64,000 nt of DNA from Octopus sinensis (GCF_006345805.1 NC_043001.1:135284001-135348000); one strand, 5' to 3'; shown: positions 49,262-62,117, counted from the stretch's first letter. Notes: a model not told the origin generated them from the letters alone. Numbers and translations: made by a program.

Positions 49262-49632
49262 TTATGCAAAGGAGCTGTAATCATTATTCTAGTAAAGGCC
49301 AATTAACCAATACTGTTATCAATTAATCATTATGTAATTAGCTTCATCCACAGTTCTTCTTCCTCCACTCTCACTCAACCATTCTATCATTGATTACCAT
49401 TCCATCTGGAAGGCAGTAGAATCTATAATTCACTTACCATCCCTATATTCCATAGGTTCAACTTCTGTCTGTAGTGGAACCATTTGATTTTATGTGTGCC
49501 AATAAAGCAGAAGTGAGAGAAAATGGTGGAGGAATGGCTCAAAGATGGAAACATGAGATTGATTAGTGTTGTTCTTTGTGGTGCTGGTGATCGGAATGGT
49601 GTGGTGGTGGTCATGCGGTGATAGTATTAGTT

Positions 49633-49866
49633 TAAGGCGGTGAGTTGGCAGAATTGTTAGCACGCCGGCCGAAATGCTTATCGGTATTTCATCTGCCGCT
49701 ACGTTCTGAGTTAAAATTCCGCCGAGGTCGACTTTGCCTTTCATCCTTTCGGGGTCGATTAAATAAGTACCAGTTACGTACTGGGGTCGATATAATCGAC
49801 TTAATCTGTTTGTCTGTCATTGTTTGTCCCCTCTGTGTTTAGCCCCTTGTGGGTAGTAAAGAAAGA
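49633..49866 (+). mobile_element. SINE-A
   Basis: 13-bp TSD gatagtattagtt at 49620-49632 and 49867-49879. Confidence 0.88.
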
Positions 49867-51071
49867 GATAGTATTAGTTATGCTTATGATGGTAGTGGAA
49901 GTAGTGGTGTTGGTGGTGGTTAACTTAGAGGTAGAGATGAGTGTGGTGGTGGTTGTTTCCTGTGGTTATGGTGATAGTGATGGTGGTGATGATGAATTTG
50001 TTTTCAAACGAGTGTGGCTGCCTAATTATTTTGCATGTGAAACAGTGCCGAGTTACAACCACCACCACCACCAAATAGCAGCCGACTCTCCTTCAACTTT
50101 CTTAAAAACAGAAGTACTTGTCAGATAGTGTATTCCTTGATGTATTGTGACTAAACTAATGATTTGATGGCCATGGGTGGAATGGCCTTGATTATAAAAT
50201 TCGTTCCAAGTTGTTGGACCAAACTACTTCTCTGCCAGATGTCTGCACAATTAAGCTTGTCAAGGATGGTGGTGGTGGGTTTCGCACAACAATAGTAACA
50301 TTGTATGATGATGATGATGATGCGAATAACACTGCCTTTTACACAAACACACATTCACACAATCTCATGTACACACAAATACACAGAAACAAATACATTA
50401 ATACACACTCACACACACCTTCACACATACTCTTTCTTCCACTCTCTCTATTTCCCATACTCTTTCTATTCTCTCTCTCTCTCCCTCCCTCTCTCCTACT
50501 CTCTCTTTTACTCTTTCACTAAACACGTGTCCTTCCCAAATCAAACCACTTCCTTTCCATAACAAGAAAATGTCTCAGTTTGACAAACTCACCTTGTTTC
50601 TTAATTAAAAGTTGGATGGCTTTCTTTGAATTTACACTTGCAACTGATAAAGTTGCATCTTATATGGAACGTATCCAATTTTCTTTAACTAAGAAAATAT
50701 ATTATGGAATTCTTGGACATAATCACTCCAAAACAATTTTTGTTTACCATTTGAGGGAAACTGGCACTATTTAGAATTCTTGTGCTGGTCACCCTGATCA
50801 TCAACCACCATCCAATACTTCAATCGGTAGACATTTCGACCATGAATGCCCACCACTATTTAATATCCAAGGTGTCAGGTAAAAACCACTGGTGATGGTG
50901 GCACATAAAATGCACCCAGTACACTCTATGGAGTGGTTGGCGTTAGGAAAGTTCTTCAGCCAAAGAAACAAAGCCTAACCAAACTATGGAACCTGGTCTG
51001 GCCCCTATCCTTGCCAGTTCCTATCAAGCTATTTGTACCCACACCAGCATGAAAGACAGATGTTAAATGTT

Positions 51072-51296
51072 ACTTATTTCTTTATTGCCTACAAGGGCTA
51101 AACATAGAGGGGGGGACAAACAAAGGGATTAAGTCGATTACATTGACCCCAGTGCGTAACTGGTACTTTATCAACCATGAAAGGATGAAAGGCAAAGTCG
51201 ACCTCGGCGAAATTTGAACTCACAATGTAAATGCAGACGAAATACCAGTAAGCATTTTGACCAGTGTGCTAACATTTTTGCTAGCTCCCTGCCTAC
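51072..51296 (-). mobile_element. Degenerate SINE-A
   Basis: Family match; no TSD found by eye. Confidence 0.75.
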
Positions 51297-51300
51297 AGAG

Positions 51301-51394
51301 AATATGGAGCGTTTCATGAATTTGTGTCATCTTCGTGCAGGGGCCATGCTAATCTTCTCTCTATCATTCCAATTTTAGTATATGTACTGCTGAA
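51301..51394 (-). pseudogene. U6: U6 snRNA pseudogene lacking about 8 nt at the 5' end
   Basis: Minus strand ttcagcagtacatatactaaaattggaatgatagagagaagattagcatggcccctgcacgaagatgacacaaattcatgaaacgctccatatt; ACAGAGA box mutated to AGAGAGA, no 3' T-run, no upstream promoter. Confidence 0.93.
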
Positions 51395-54300
51395 TTTCCC
51401 AGAAGTTGGGAAGTCCTCGGAACTTATCGACCAAATTTCCCGGAAATTAGAAAATCCTCGTAACATCCTGGGAAGTTCTGAGGATTTTCTAACTTCCGGG
51501 ATATTTGGTCGATAACTTCCTGGAAAGTTCAAAGGATTTCCCAGCTCCCGGTAAATTTGGTAGAAAAGCTCATGGAAAGTTCCGGGGATTTCCCAACACC
51601 CGGTAAAATTAGTCAAAAAGCTCATGGAAAGTTCCGGGGATTTCCCAGCTCCCGGTAAATTTGGTCGAAAAGCTCATGGGAAGTTCCGGGGATTTCCAAG
51701 CTCCCGGTGAATTTGGTCGAAAAGCTCATGGAAAGTTCCGTGGATTTCCCAGCTCCCGGTTAATTTGGTTTAAAAGCTCATGGAAAGTTCCGGGGATTTC
51801 CCAACTACCGGTAAATCTGGTCGAAAAGCTCATGGAAAGTTCCGGGGTTTTTCAAGCTCCCAGAAAATTTGGTCGAAAAGCTCATGGAAAGTTCCGGGGA
51901 TTTTCCAGCTCACGGGAAGTTTGGTCGAAAAGATCATGGAAAGTTCCGGGGATTTTCCAGCTCCCGGGAAGTTTGGACGAAAAGCTCATGGAAAGTGCCG
52001 GGGTTTCCAAACATCCGGTAAATTTCGTCGAAAAGCTCATGGAAAGTTCCGGAGATTTCCCAGCACCCGGTAAATTTGGTCGAAAAGCTCATGGAAAGTT
52101 CCGGGGATTTCCAAGCTCCCGGTGAATTTGGTCGAAAAGCTCATGGAAAATTCCATGGATTCCCCAGCCCCCGGTTAATTTGATTTAAAAGCTCATGGAA
52201 AGTTCCGAGGATATCCTAGTTACCGGAAAATTTGGTCGAAAAGCTCATGGAAAGTTCCGGGGATTTCCCAGCTCCCGGGAAGTTTGGTCGAAAAGCACAT
52301 GGAAAGTTCCGGGGATTTTCCAGCTCCCGGTCGAAAACTTCATGGAACGTTCCGAGGATTTTCCAGCTCCCGGGAAGTTTGGTCGAAAAGCTAATGGAAA
52401 GTCCCGGGGATTTTCCAGCTCCCGGTCGAAAACTTCCTGGAAAGTTCCGAGGATTTTCCAGCTCCCGAGAAGTTTGGTCGAAAAGCTCATGGAAAGTTCC
52501 GAGGATTTTCCAGCTCACGGAAAGTTTGGTGGAAAAGCTCATGGAAAGTTCCGGGGATTTCCGAGCTCCCGGTAAATTAATTCGAAAAAGTCATGGAAAG
52601 TTCCGAGGATTTCCCAGCTCCCGGTAAATTTGGTAGAAAAGCTCATGGAAAGTTCCGGGGACTTTCCAATGCCCGGGAAGTTTGGTCGAAAACGTCTTGG
52701 GAAGTTCCAAGGATTTTCCAACTTCCGAGAAATATGGTCGAAAAGCTCATAGAAAGTTCCGGGTATTTTCCAGCTGCCGGTAAATTTGGTCGAAAAGCTC
52801 ATGGAAAGTTTTGGGGATTTCACAGCTCCCGGTCGAAAACTTCCTGGAAAGTTCCGAGGATTTTCCAGCTCCCGGTAAATTTGGTCGAAAAGCTCGTCGA
52901 AAGTCCGGAGATTTCCAGCACCCGGTAAATGTAATCGGAAAGTTCCGGGGATTTCCCTGCTCCCGGTAAATTTAGTCGAAAAGCTCATGGAAGTTCCGGG
53001 GATTTCCCAACACCCGGTAAAATTAGTCAAAAAGCTCATGGAAAGTTCCGGGGATTTCCCAGCTCCGGTAAATTTGGTCGAAAAGCTCATGGGAAGTTCC
53101 GGGGATTTCCAAGCTCCGGTGAATTTGGTCGAAAAGCTCATGGAAAGTTCCGTGGATTTCCCAGCTCCCGGTTAATTTGGTTTAAAAGCTCATGGAAAGT
53201 TCCGGGGATTTCCCAACTACCGGTAAATCTGGTCGAAAAGCTCATGGAAAGTTCCGGGGTTTTTCAAGCTCCCAGAAAATTTGGTCGAAAAGCTCATGGA
53301 AAGTTCCGGGGATTTTCCAGCTCACGGGAAGTTTGGTCGAAAAGATCATGGAAAGTTCCGGGGATTTTCCAGCTCCCGGGAAGTTTGGACGAAAAGCTCA
53401 TGGAAAGTGCCGGGGTTTCCAAACATCCGGTAAATTTCGTCGAAAAGCTCATGGAAAGTTCCGGAGATTTCCCAGCACCCGGTAAATTTGGTCGAAAAGC
53501 TCATGGAAAGTTCCGGGGATTTCCAAGCTCCCGTGAATTTGGTCGAAAAGCTCATGGAAAATTCCATGGATTCCCCAGCCCCCGGTTAATTTGATTTAAA
53601 AGCTCATGGAAAGTTCCGAGGATATCCTAGTTACCGGAAAATTTGGTCGAAAAGCTCATGGAAAGTTCCGGGGATTTCCCAGCTCCCGGGAAGTTTGGTC
53701 GAAAAGCACATGGAAAGTTCCGGGGATTTTCCAGCTCCCGGTCGAAAACTTCATGGAACGTTCCGAGGATTTTCCAGCTCCCGGGAAGTTTGGTCGAAAA
53801 GCTAATGGAAAGTCCCGGGGATTTTCCAGCTCCCGGTCGAAAACTTCCTGGAAAGTTCCGAGGATTTTCCAGCTCCCGAGAAGTTTGGTCGAAAAGCTCA
53901 TGGAAAGTTCCGAGGATTTTCCAGCTCACGGAAAGTTTGGTGGAAAAGCTCATGGAAAGTTCCGGGGGATTTCCGAGCTCCCGGTAAATTAATTCGAAAA
54001 AGTCATGGAAAGTTCCGAGGATTTCCCAGCTCCCGGTAAATTTGGTAGAAAAGCTCATGGAAAGTTCCGGGGACTTTCCAATGCCCGGGAAGTTTGGTCG
54101 AAAACGTCTTGGGAAGTTCCAAGGATTTTCCAACTTCCGAGAAATATGGTCGAAAAGCTCATAGAAAGTTCCGGGTATTTTCCAGCTGCCGGTAAATTTG
54201 GTCGAAAAGCTCATGGAAAGTTTTGGGGATTTCACAGCTCCCGGTCGAAAACTTCCTGGAAAGTTCCGAGGATTTTCCAGCTCCCGGTAAATTTGGTCGA

Positions 54301-57300
54301 AAAGCTCGTCGAAAGTCCGGAGATTTCCCAGCACCCGGTAAATGTAATCGGAAAGTTCCGGGGATTTCCCTGCTCCCGGTAAATTTAGTCGAAAAGCTCA
54401 TGGAAGTTCCGGGGATTTCCCAACTACCGGTAAATCTGGTCGAAAAGCTCATGGAAAGTTCCGGGAATTTTCCAGCTCCCGGTCGAAAACTTCCTGGAAC
54501 GTTCCGAGGATTTTCCAGCTCCCGGGAAGTTTGGTCGAAAAGCTCATGGAAAGTCCCGGGGATTTTCCAGCTCCCGGTCGAAAACTTCCTGGAAAGTTCC
54601 GGGGATTTTCCAGCTCCCGGTAAATTTGGTAGAAAAGCTCATCGAAAGTCCGGCGATTTCCCAGCAACAGGTAAATTGGTCGAAAAGCTCATGGAAAGCT
54701 CCGGGGATTTCAAAGCACCCGGTGAATTTGGTCGAAAAGCTTATGGAAAGTTCCTGGGGATTTCCCAGCTCCCGGTAAATTTGGTCGAAAAGCTCATGTA
54801 AAGCTCCGGGGATTTCAAAGCTCCCGGTTAATTTGGTTTAAAAGCTCATGGAAAGTTCCGGGGATTTCCCAACTACCGGTAAATCTGGTCGAAAAGCTCA
54901 TGGAAGTTCCGGGGTTTTTCAAGCTCCCAGAAAATTTGGTTGAAAAGATCATAGAAACTTCCGCGGATTTTCCAGCTGCCGGTAAATTTGGTCGAAAAGC
55001 TCATGGAAAGTTTTGGGGATTTCCCAGCTCCCGGTCGAAAACTTCCTGGAAAGTTCCGAGGATTTTCCCGCTCCCGGGAAGTTTGGTCGAAAAGCTCATG
55101 GAAAGTTCCGGGGATTTTCCAGCTCCCGGTAAATTTGGTCGAAAGGCTCATCGAAAGTCCGGGGATTTCCCAGCACCCGGTAAATTTAATCGGAAAGTTC
55201 CGGGGATTTCCCTGCTCCCGGTAAATTTAGTCGAAAAGCTCATGGAAGTTCCGGTGATTTCCAAACTCCCGGAAAATTTGATCGAAAAGCTCATGGAAAG
55301 TTCCGGGAATTTTCCAGCTCCCGGTCGAAAACTTCCTGGAACGTTCCGAGGATTTTCCAGCTCCCGGGAAGTTTGGTCGAAAAGCTCATGGAAAGTCCCG
55401 GGGATTTTCCAGCTCCCGGTCGAAAACTTCCTGGAAAGTTCCGGGGATTTTCCAGCTCCCGGTAAATTTGGTAGAAAAGCTCATCGAAAGTCCGGCGATT
55501 TCCCAGCAACAGGTAAATTTGGTCGAAAAGCTCATGGAAAGCTCCGGGGATTTCAAAGCACCCGGTGAATTTGGTCGAAAAGCTTATGGAAAGTTCCTGG
55601 GATTTCCCAGCTCCCGGTAAATTTGGTCGAAAAGCTCATGTAAAGCTCCGGGGATTTCAAAGCTCCCGGTTAATTTGGTTTAAAAGCTCATGGAAAGTTC
55701 CGGGGATTTCCCAACTACCGGTAAATCTGGTCGAAAAGCTCATGGAAAGTTCCGGGGTTTTTCAAGCTCCCAGAAAATTTGGTTGAAAAGATCATAGAAA
55801 CTTCCGCGGATTTTCCAGCTGCCGGTAAATTTGGTCGAAAAGCTCATGGAAAGTTTTGGGGATTTCCCAGCTCCCGGTCGAAAACTTCCTGGAAAGTTCC
55901 GAGGATTTTCCCGCTCCCGGGAAGTTTGGTCGAAAAGCTCATGGAAAGTTCCGGGGATTTTCCAGCTCCCGGTAAATTTGGTCGAAAGGCTCATCGAAAG
56001 TCCGGGGATTTCCCAGCACCCGGTAAATTTAATCGGAAAGTTCCGGGGATTTTCCTGCTCCCGGTAAATTTAGTCGAAAAGCTCATGGAAAGTTCCCGTG
56101 ATTTCCAAACTCCCGGAAAATTTGATCGAAAAGCTCATGGAAAGTTCCGGGGATTTCCCAGCTCCCGGTAAATCTGATCGAAAACCTCATGGAAAGTTCC
56201 TGGGGATTTCCGAGCTCCCGGTAAATTTGGTCGAAATGCTCATGGAAGGTTCCGGGGGATTTCCCAGCTCCCGGTAATTTTGGTCGAGAAGCTCATGGAG
56301 AGTTCCGGGGGGAATTTCCCCGCTCCCGGTAAATTTGGTCGAAAAGCTCATTGAAAGTTCCCGGGATTTCCAAGCTACCGGTAAATTTGGTCGAAAAGCT
56401 CATCGAAAGTTCCGGGGATTTCCCAGCTCCCGGTAAATTTGGTCGGAAAGCTCATCGAAAGGCCGGGGATTTCCCAGATACCGGTAAATTTGGTCGGAAA
56501 GCTCATGGAAAGTTGGGATTTTCTAGCTACCGGGAAGTTTGGTCGAAAACGTCTTGGGAAGTTCCGAGGGTTTTTGAACTCCCGGAAAATTTGGTCGAAA
56601 ACGTCTTGGGAAGTTCCGAGGATTTTCCAACTTCCGAGAAATATGGTCGAGAAGCTCATGGAAAGTTCCGGGGATTTTCGCGATCCCGGTCGAAAACTTC
56701 CTGGAAAGTTCCGAGGATTTTCCGGATCCCGGTACGGTTGGTCGAAAAGTTGATGGAAAGTTCCTTGATTTCCCAGCTCCCGGTAAATTCGGTCGAAAAG
56801 CTCATGGAAAGTTCCGGTGATTTCCCAGCTACCAATAAATTTGGTCGAAAAGCTCGTGGCAAGTTTCAGGGATTTGTTGGCCTCCGGTAAATTTGGTCGA
56901 AAAGCTCATGGAAAGTTCCGGGGATTTCCCAGCTACCAGTAAATTTGGTCGAAAAGCTCATGGAAAGTTTTGGGGATTTTCTCAGCTCCCGGTGAATTTG
57001 GTCGAAAAGCTCATGGAAAGTTCTCGGGATTTCCAAGCTACCGGTAAATTTGGTCGAAAAGCTCATCGAAAGTTCCGGGGATTTCCCAGCTCCCGGTAAA
57101 TTTGGTCGGAAAGCTCATCGAAAGGCCGGGGATTTCCCAGATACCGGTAAATTTGGTCGGAAAGCTCATGGAAAGTTGGGATTTTCTAGCTCCCGGGAAC
57201 TTTGGTCGAAAACGTCTTGGGAAGTTCCGAGGGTTTTTGAACTCCCGGAAAATTTGGTCGAGATGCTCATGGAAAGTTCCGGGGATTTTCGCGATCCCGG

Positions 57301-58510
57301 TCGAAAACTTCCTGGAAAGTTCCGAGGATTTTCCTGCTCCCGGTAAGTTTGGTCGAAAAGTTGATGGAAAGTTCCGGGATTTCCCAGCTCCCGGTAAATT
57401 CGGTCGAAAAGCTCATAGAAAGTTCCGGGGATTTCCTAGCTACCAGTAAATTTGGTCGAAAAGCTCGTGGTAAGTTCCAGGGATTTGCCGGCCTCCGGTA
57501 AATTTGGTCGAAAAGCTCATGGAAAGTTCTGGGGATTTCCCCAGCTCCCGGTGAATTTGGTCGAAAAGCTCATGGAAAGTTCCGGGGATTTCCCAGCTCT
57601 CGGTAAATTTGGTCGAAAAGCTCATGGAAAGTTGGGATTTTCTAGCTCCCGGGAAGTTTGGTCGAAAACGTTTCGGGAAGTTCCGAGGATTTTCCAACTT
57701 CCGAGAAATATGGTCGAAAAGCTCATGGAAAGTTCCGGGGGTTTTCCCGATCCCGGTCGAAAACTTCCTGGAAAGTTCCGAGGATTTTTCGGATCCCGGT
57801 ATGGTTGGTCGAAAAGTTGATGGAAAGTTCCGGGATTTCCCAGCTCCCGGTAAATTCGGTCGAAAAGCTCATGGAAAGTTCCGGGGATTTCCCAGCTACC
57901 AGTAAATTTGGTCGAAAAGCTCATGGAAAGTTTTGGGGATTTCCCCAGCTCCCGGTGAATTTGGTCGAAAAGCTCATGGAAAGTTCCGGGGATTTCCCAG
58001 TTCCCGGTTAATTTGGTTTAAAAGCTCTTGGAAAGTTCCGGGGTTTTCCCAGCTACCGGTGAATCTGGTCGAAAAGCTCATGGGAAGTTCCGGGGATTTC
58101 CAAGCTCCCGGAAAATTTGGTCGAAAAGCTCATGGAAAGTTCCGGGTATTTTCCAGCCCCCGGGAAGTTTGGTCGAAAAGCTCATGGAAAGTTCTGGGGA
58201 TTTTCCAGCTCCCGGGAAGTTTGGTCGGAAAGCTCATGGAAAGTTCCGGGTATGTTCCAACTCCTGGGAAGTTTGGTCGAAAACGTCTTGGGAAGTTCCG
58301 ATGATTTTTCAACTCCCGGAAAATTTGGTCGAAAACGTATTGGGAAATTCCGAGGATTTTCCAACTTCCGAGAAATATGGTCGACAATGTCTTGGGAAGT
58401 TCCGAGGATTTTCTAACTTCCGGGAAATTTGGTCGAAAACTTCCTGGAAAGTTCGGAGGATTTCCCAGCTCCCGGGAAGTTTGGTCGAAATCTTCCTGGA
58501 AAGTTCCGAG
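51395..58510. repeat. 52-bp satellite array (~140 monomers) with higher-order repeats
   Basis: Consensus ggaaagttccggggatttcccagctcccggtaaatttggtcgaaaagctcat (51574 to 51626 = 52 bp); shorter variants lacking ~11 nt between ggt microhomologies; block duplications of ~1412 and ~842 bp. Confidence 0.95.
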
Positions 58511-59180
58511 TACTTTTATATGCAGATGATGCCAAGGTGTACTTTGAAATAAAATGAACTGATCCTTTCCTGCAATCAGATCTGGATAGAATGCAGCAGT
58601 TGACCTCTGACTGGCATCTCAAGCTATCTGTACTCAAGAAGTCTTCTGGTGGACATATCCTGGGTATTATTGTAAACAACAATCTGCATTGGACAAACCA
58701 CATATCTAAGACTGAGGTTGTGCTAGCATCTCTCAGTAAGACCTTTATCAGCCTCTCTCCAGTTATCTATTTAAAATTGTATACAACAATGGTATGTCCA
58801 CACTTGGAATTTTCATCCCCAGTCTGGAACCCCTCTCTTTCTCAGTATATAAATCTCCTGGAAACTGTTCAGAAATGTGCAACAAAGCGAATACCCACCG
58901 TCAGACATCTACCATACTAAACGTCTTGCATTCCTGGGCATGGATACATTGAAGCCCAGACGTCTGGCAACCGACTTGATTGACACCCACAAGATTATCC
59001 ACCATATTTCCAACAACAACCTTGGGTAAATTTTACTCACAGACATGCTTATAAAATCAAAAAACAACACAACACCCATGACTTTCGGAAACAGTTTTTC
59101 ACGCTCAGAATTGCTGAAGCATGGAATAAACCACCTGCATCAGTGGTTAGCTGTCAAGACGCTACATCCTTCAAAACTTC
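58510..59180 (+). mobile_element. CR1/L2-type LINE RT fragment starting at the YADD motif
   Basis: VLLYADDAKVY...LQSDLD...LGIIVNNNLHWTNHI...KLYTTMVCPHLEFSSPVWNP..LLETVQKCATKRIP..LPY; stops and deletions. Confidence 0.88.
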
Positions 59181-59694
59181 CATGTGTCCTGAAATCTGTC
59201 AACAGTACACCTGATGGCTATTGTTTTCTTTTTAGTTGTAGTGCACCTGAGCACTGTATACAACAATTTCCTTTATCATTATATATGCATGTTTGTTGAG
59301 TTTCTGTGCAGTATTTTAGGTCTGTTTGTCAATGTAATGTCACACACTCACTTCTGTTCCCACTCAGTGGTACCCTACACAGTGTTCAATATTTGGTGCA
59401 AGACTGTCTCTCTTTTCTATCTATTTCTCTGTCCTTCTCCTCTCCCCTCTATCTACCTCTCTACCTATCTGCTGCTTTTCTCTCTTTACTGCCTTCCCTT
59501 TTTTCCTCTGTCCATCTCTGTCAACTACCTACTGTCTATCTTTACTCCCTTATTTCTCCGCACTCTCTCTTTCTTCCTACTTGCTCTTCCCTAACCTTCT
59601 CTACTCTCTTTCTTCACTTTTTTGGTACCAAACGACAATCCAATTTTTTGTCACTCATCGTTTTTCTACTTGACCAGTGCATAGGTAAGACATC

Positions 59695-59880
59695 ATTGTT
59701 TAATGTCCATTTTCCATGCTGGAATAGGTTGAATGGTTCGACTGGGGCCTGGGAAGCCAGGAGGCTGCACCAGGCTCCAGTCTGATCTGGCAGTGTTTCT
59801 ACAGCTGGATGCCCTTCCTAATGCCAACCACTCTGAGAGTGTGGTGGGTGCTGTTTTTACATGCCACCGGCACAGGGGCC
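59695..59880 (-). mobile_element. RTE-LINE 3'UTR fragment
   Basis: Reverse complement of gtgccggtggcatgtaaaaacagcacc...aggaagggcatccagctgtagaaac. Confidence 0.7.
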
Positions 59881-60167
59881 AATTTCCTGCTTAGTACTCA
59901 TTTCAGATCCCCAGTTTATCTTTTCACTTTTCATTCTTTTCCTTCCTTCTAACTTCCTTCCCTCTACCCCATCTCTCTATCCTTCTGAGCCTTCTCATTG
60001 TACCTTTGGAACACAAGCACCACTATTTTCTTCCTTTTTTTTTATTAGTTTTTGTCATGTAGTGTCCCACACTTTGAAATATTTGCAATTTGATACATTT
60101 CCAAAATTTAACATTTTAATATGCAAAATATACTTCACATTATTATATATACCATGCATTAATGCAC

Positions 60168-60646
60168 AAAATATTGTGTTTATTGGCTATCTTCAAAATG
60201 ATCACACCATCAATGGAAAATTCCAATACCAACTTCCTAAGGCAGTTATGAAAAGCTATCAAGACCAAACACCCAGAAAAACTGATGAATGGGGTCTTGT
60301 TTCATTAGGACAATGCTTCAGCACACAAGTCCTTTGTTTCAATGGCTGCTGTATGTGACTGGCTTTGAACTGGTTGATCATCCTCCCTATGTTAGTGATT
60401 TGGTTCCTTCTGGTTATCATCTGTTTCCCAACATAGAAAAACACTCAGCTGAGAACATCTTATCTGTTGTTGATGACCATGTTGATCAACAGGAAAGCTT
60501 CTTCACCAGTGCGACCCAAGCACTGCAACTACTAATGGAAGTGTGTGGACAGTAAGAGGAACTGTGTTAGAAAATGAACTTCATTTGGTCACATTCCATT
60601 GAGAGTGTCTTCTTGCTCAGATTATGAACATTTCAGCAGACCCTCA
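60168..60646 (+). mobile_element. Decayed mariner 3' half (irritans/Hsmar2-like) with right TIR
   Basis: IVFIGYLQNDHTING..VLFH*DNASAHKS..GFELVDHPPYVSDLVPSGYHLFPN; ends cagcagaccctca-TA. Confidence 0.78.
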
Positions 60647-60949
60647 TAATAATAAAAAATATTATATCTGCATTTGTTTTAATGTTAACATTGGAAAAAT
60701 CCACATTTTTCATTAAAAAAATTAGGACCTGGGTTTTCACCCCCTTAGCAAATTTTGTTGATGGGCCACTGCCTGCAATAGTGGAGGGATTACTGTACAT
60801 AAATCCTCACCTGAGTTTTCTGTCTAACAACGGAAAGCAATGGAAACAGAAAATGCTATGATAAGCCACATTCTATCATTTTTCAAAACTATGTAACTAC
60901 TAATGAATGTATATCTAAATCAGAAATTTACATGATTTGAAGTATGGTA

Positions 60950-61347
60950 TCTTTATCTTTTATCTTTTATCTTTTACTTGTTTCAGTCATTTGACTGCGG
61001 CCATGCTGGAGCACCGCCTTTAGTCGAGCAAATCGACCCCGGGACTTATTCTTTGTAAGCCCAGTACTTATTCTATCGGTCTCTTTTGCTGAACCGCTAA
61101 GTGACGGGGACGTAAACACACCAGCATCGGTTGTCAAGCAATGCTAGGGGGACAAACACACAAACACACACACATACACACACACACATATATATATACA
61201 TATATACGACAGGCTTCTTTCAGTTTCCGTCTACCAAATCCACTCACAAGGCATTGGTCGGCCCGGGGCTATAGCAGAAGACACTTGCCCAAGATGCCAC
61301 GCAGTGGGACTGAACCCGGAGCCATGTGGTTGGTTAGCAAGCTACTT
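60950..61347 (-). mobile_element. SINE-B, well preserved, head clipped
   Basis: Near-identical to 16256-16669. Confidence 0.85.
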
Positions 61348-61638
61348 GTTAAGTGCTGTATTATCAATATTTTATATCTCAGTAAACAACAAGTTGGCAG
61401 GATTGTTAGCATGCCAGGTGAAATGCTTAGCGTCATTTCATCTGTCTTCAGGTTCTGAGTTCAGATTCCACTGAGGTCGATTTTCTTTTCATCCTTTCAG
61501 GGTCTATAAATGAAGTATCAGCTGAGTACTGGGGTTGATGCAATTGACTTACCCAACTCCCTGAACTTGCTGGCCTTATGCGAAAATTTGAAATCAATAT
61601 TTTACATATCAGTGCCATGAGTTGCTTAGCTTAATAAT

Positions 61639-62030
61639 GGATGGATGGAAGCACTCCGTCGGTTCCGACGACGAGGGTTCCGGTTGATCCGATCAACGGA
61701 ACAGCCTGCTCGTGAAATTAACGTGTAAGTGGCTGAGCACTCCACAGACACATGTACCCTTAACGTAGTTCTCGGGGATATTCAGCGTGACACAGAGAGT
61801 GACAAGGCCGGCCCCTTGAAATACAGGTACAACAGAAACAGGAAGTAAGAGTGAGAGAAAGTTGTGGTGAAAGAGTACAGCAGGGATCACCACCATCCCC
61901 TGCCGGAGCCTCGTGGAGCTTTTAGGTGTTTTCGCTCAATAAACACTCACAACGCCCGGTCTGGGAATCGAAACCGCGATCCTATGACCGTGAGTCCGCT
62001 GCCCTAACCACTGGATCATTGCGCCTCCAC
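61639..62030 (-). mobile_element. SINE-C, full length
   Basis: 11-bp TSD agcttaataat at 61628-61638 and 62031-62041. Confidence 0.88.
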
Positions 62031-62117
62031 AGCTTAATAATACAAAGTGATTAACCAGGATTTAAAAGGTACAGAATAGGTTTCTCTGCAGTGGTTAGCT
62101 AGCCAAGTTTCTGGAGG

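Noticed and set aside
38181-58510. Two arrays share a 52-bp period (about 5 helical turns)
   Set aside because: Sequences are unrelated; two cases cannot be told from coincidence.
51314-58703. Dozens of MESSGDFPAPGKFGRKAHGKF-type ORFs
   Set aside because: The 52-bp monomer shifts frame each unit and has few stops; ORFs appear on both strands and mirror the repeat.
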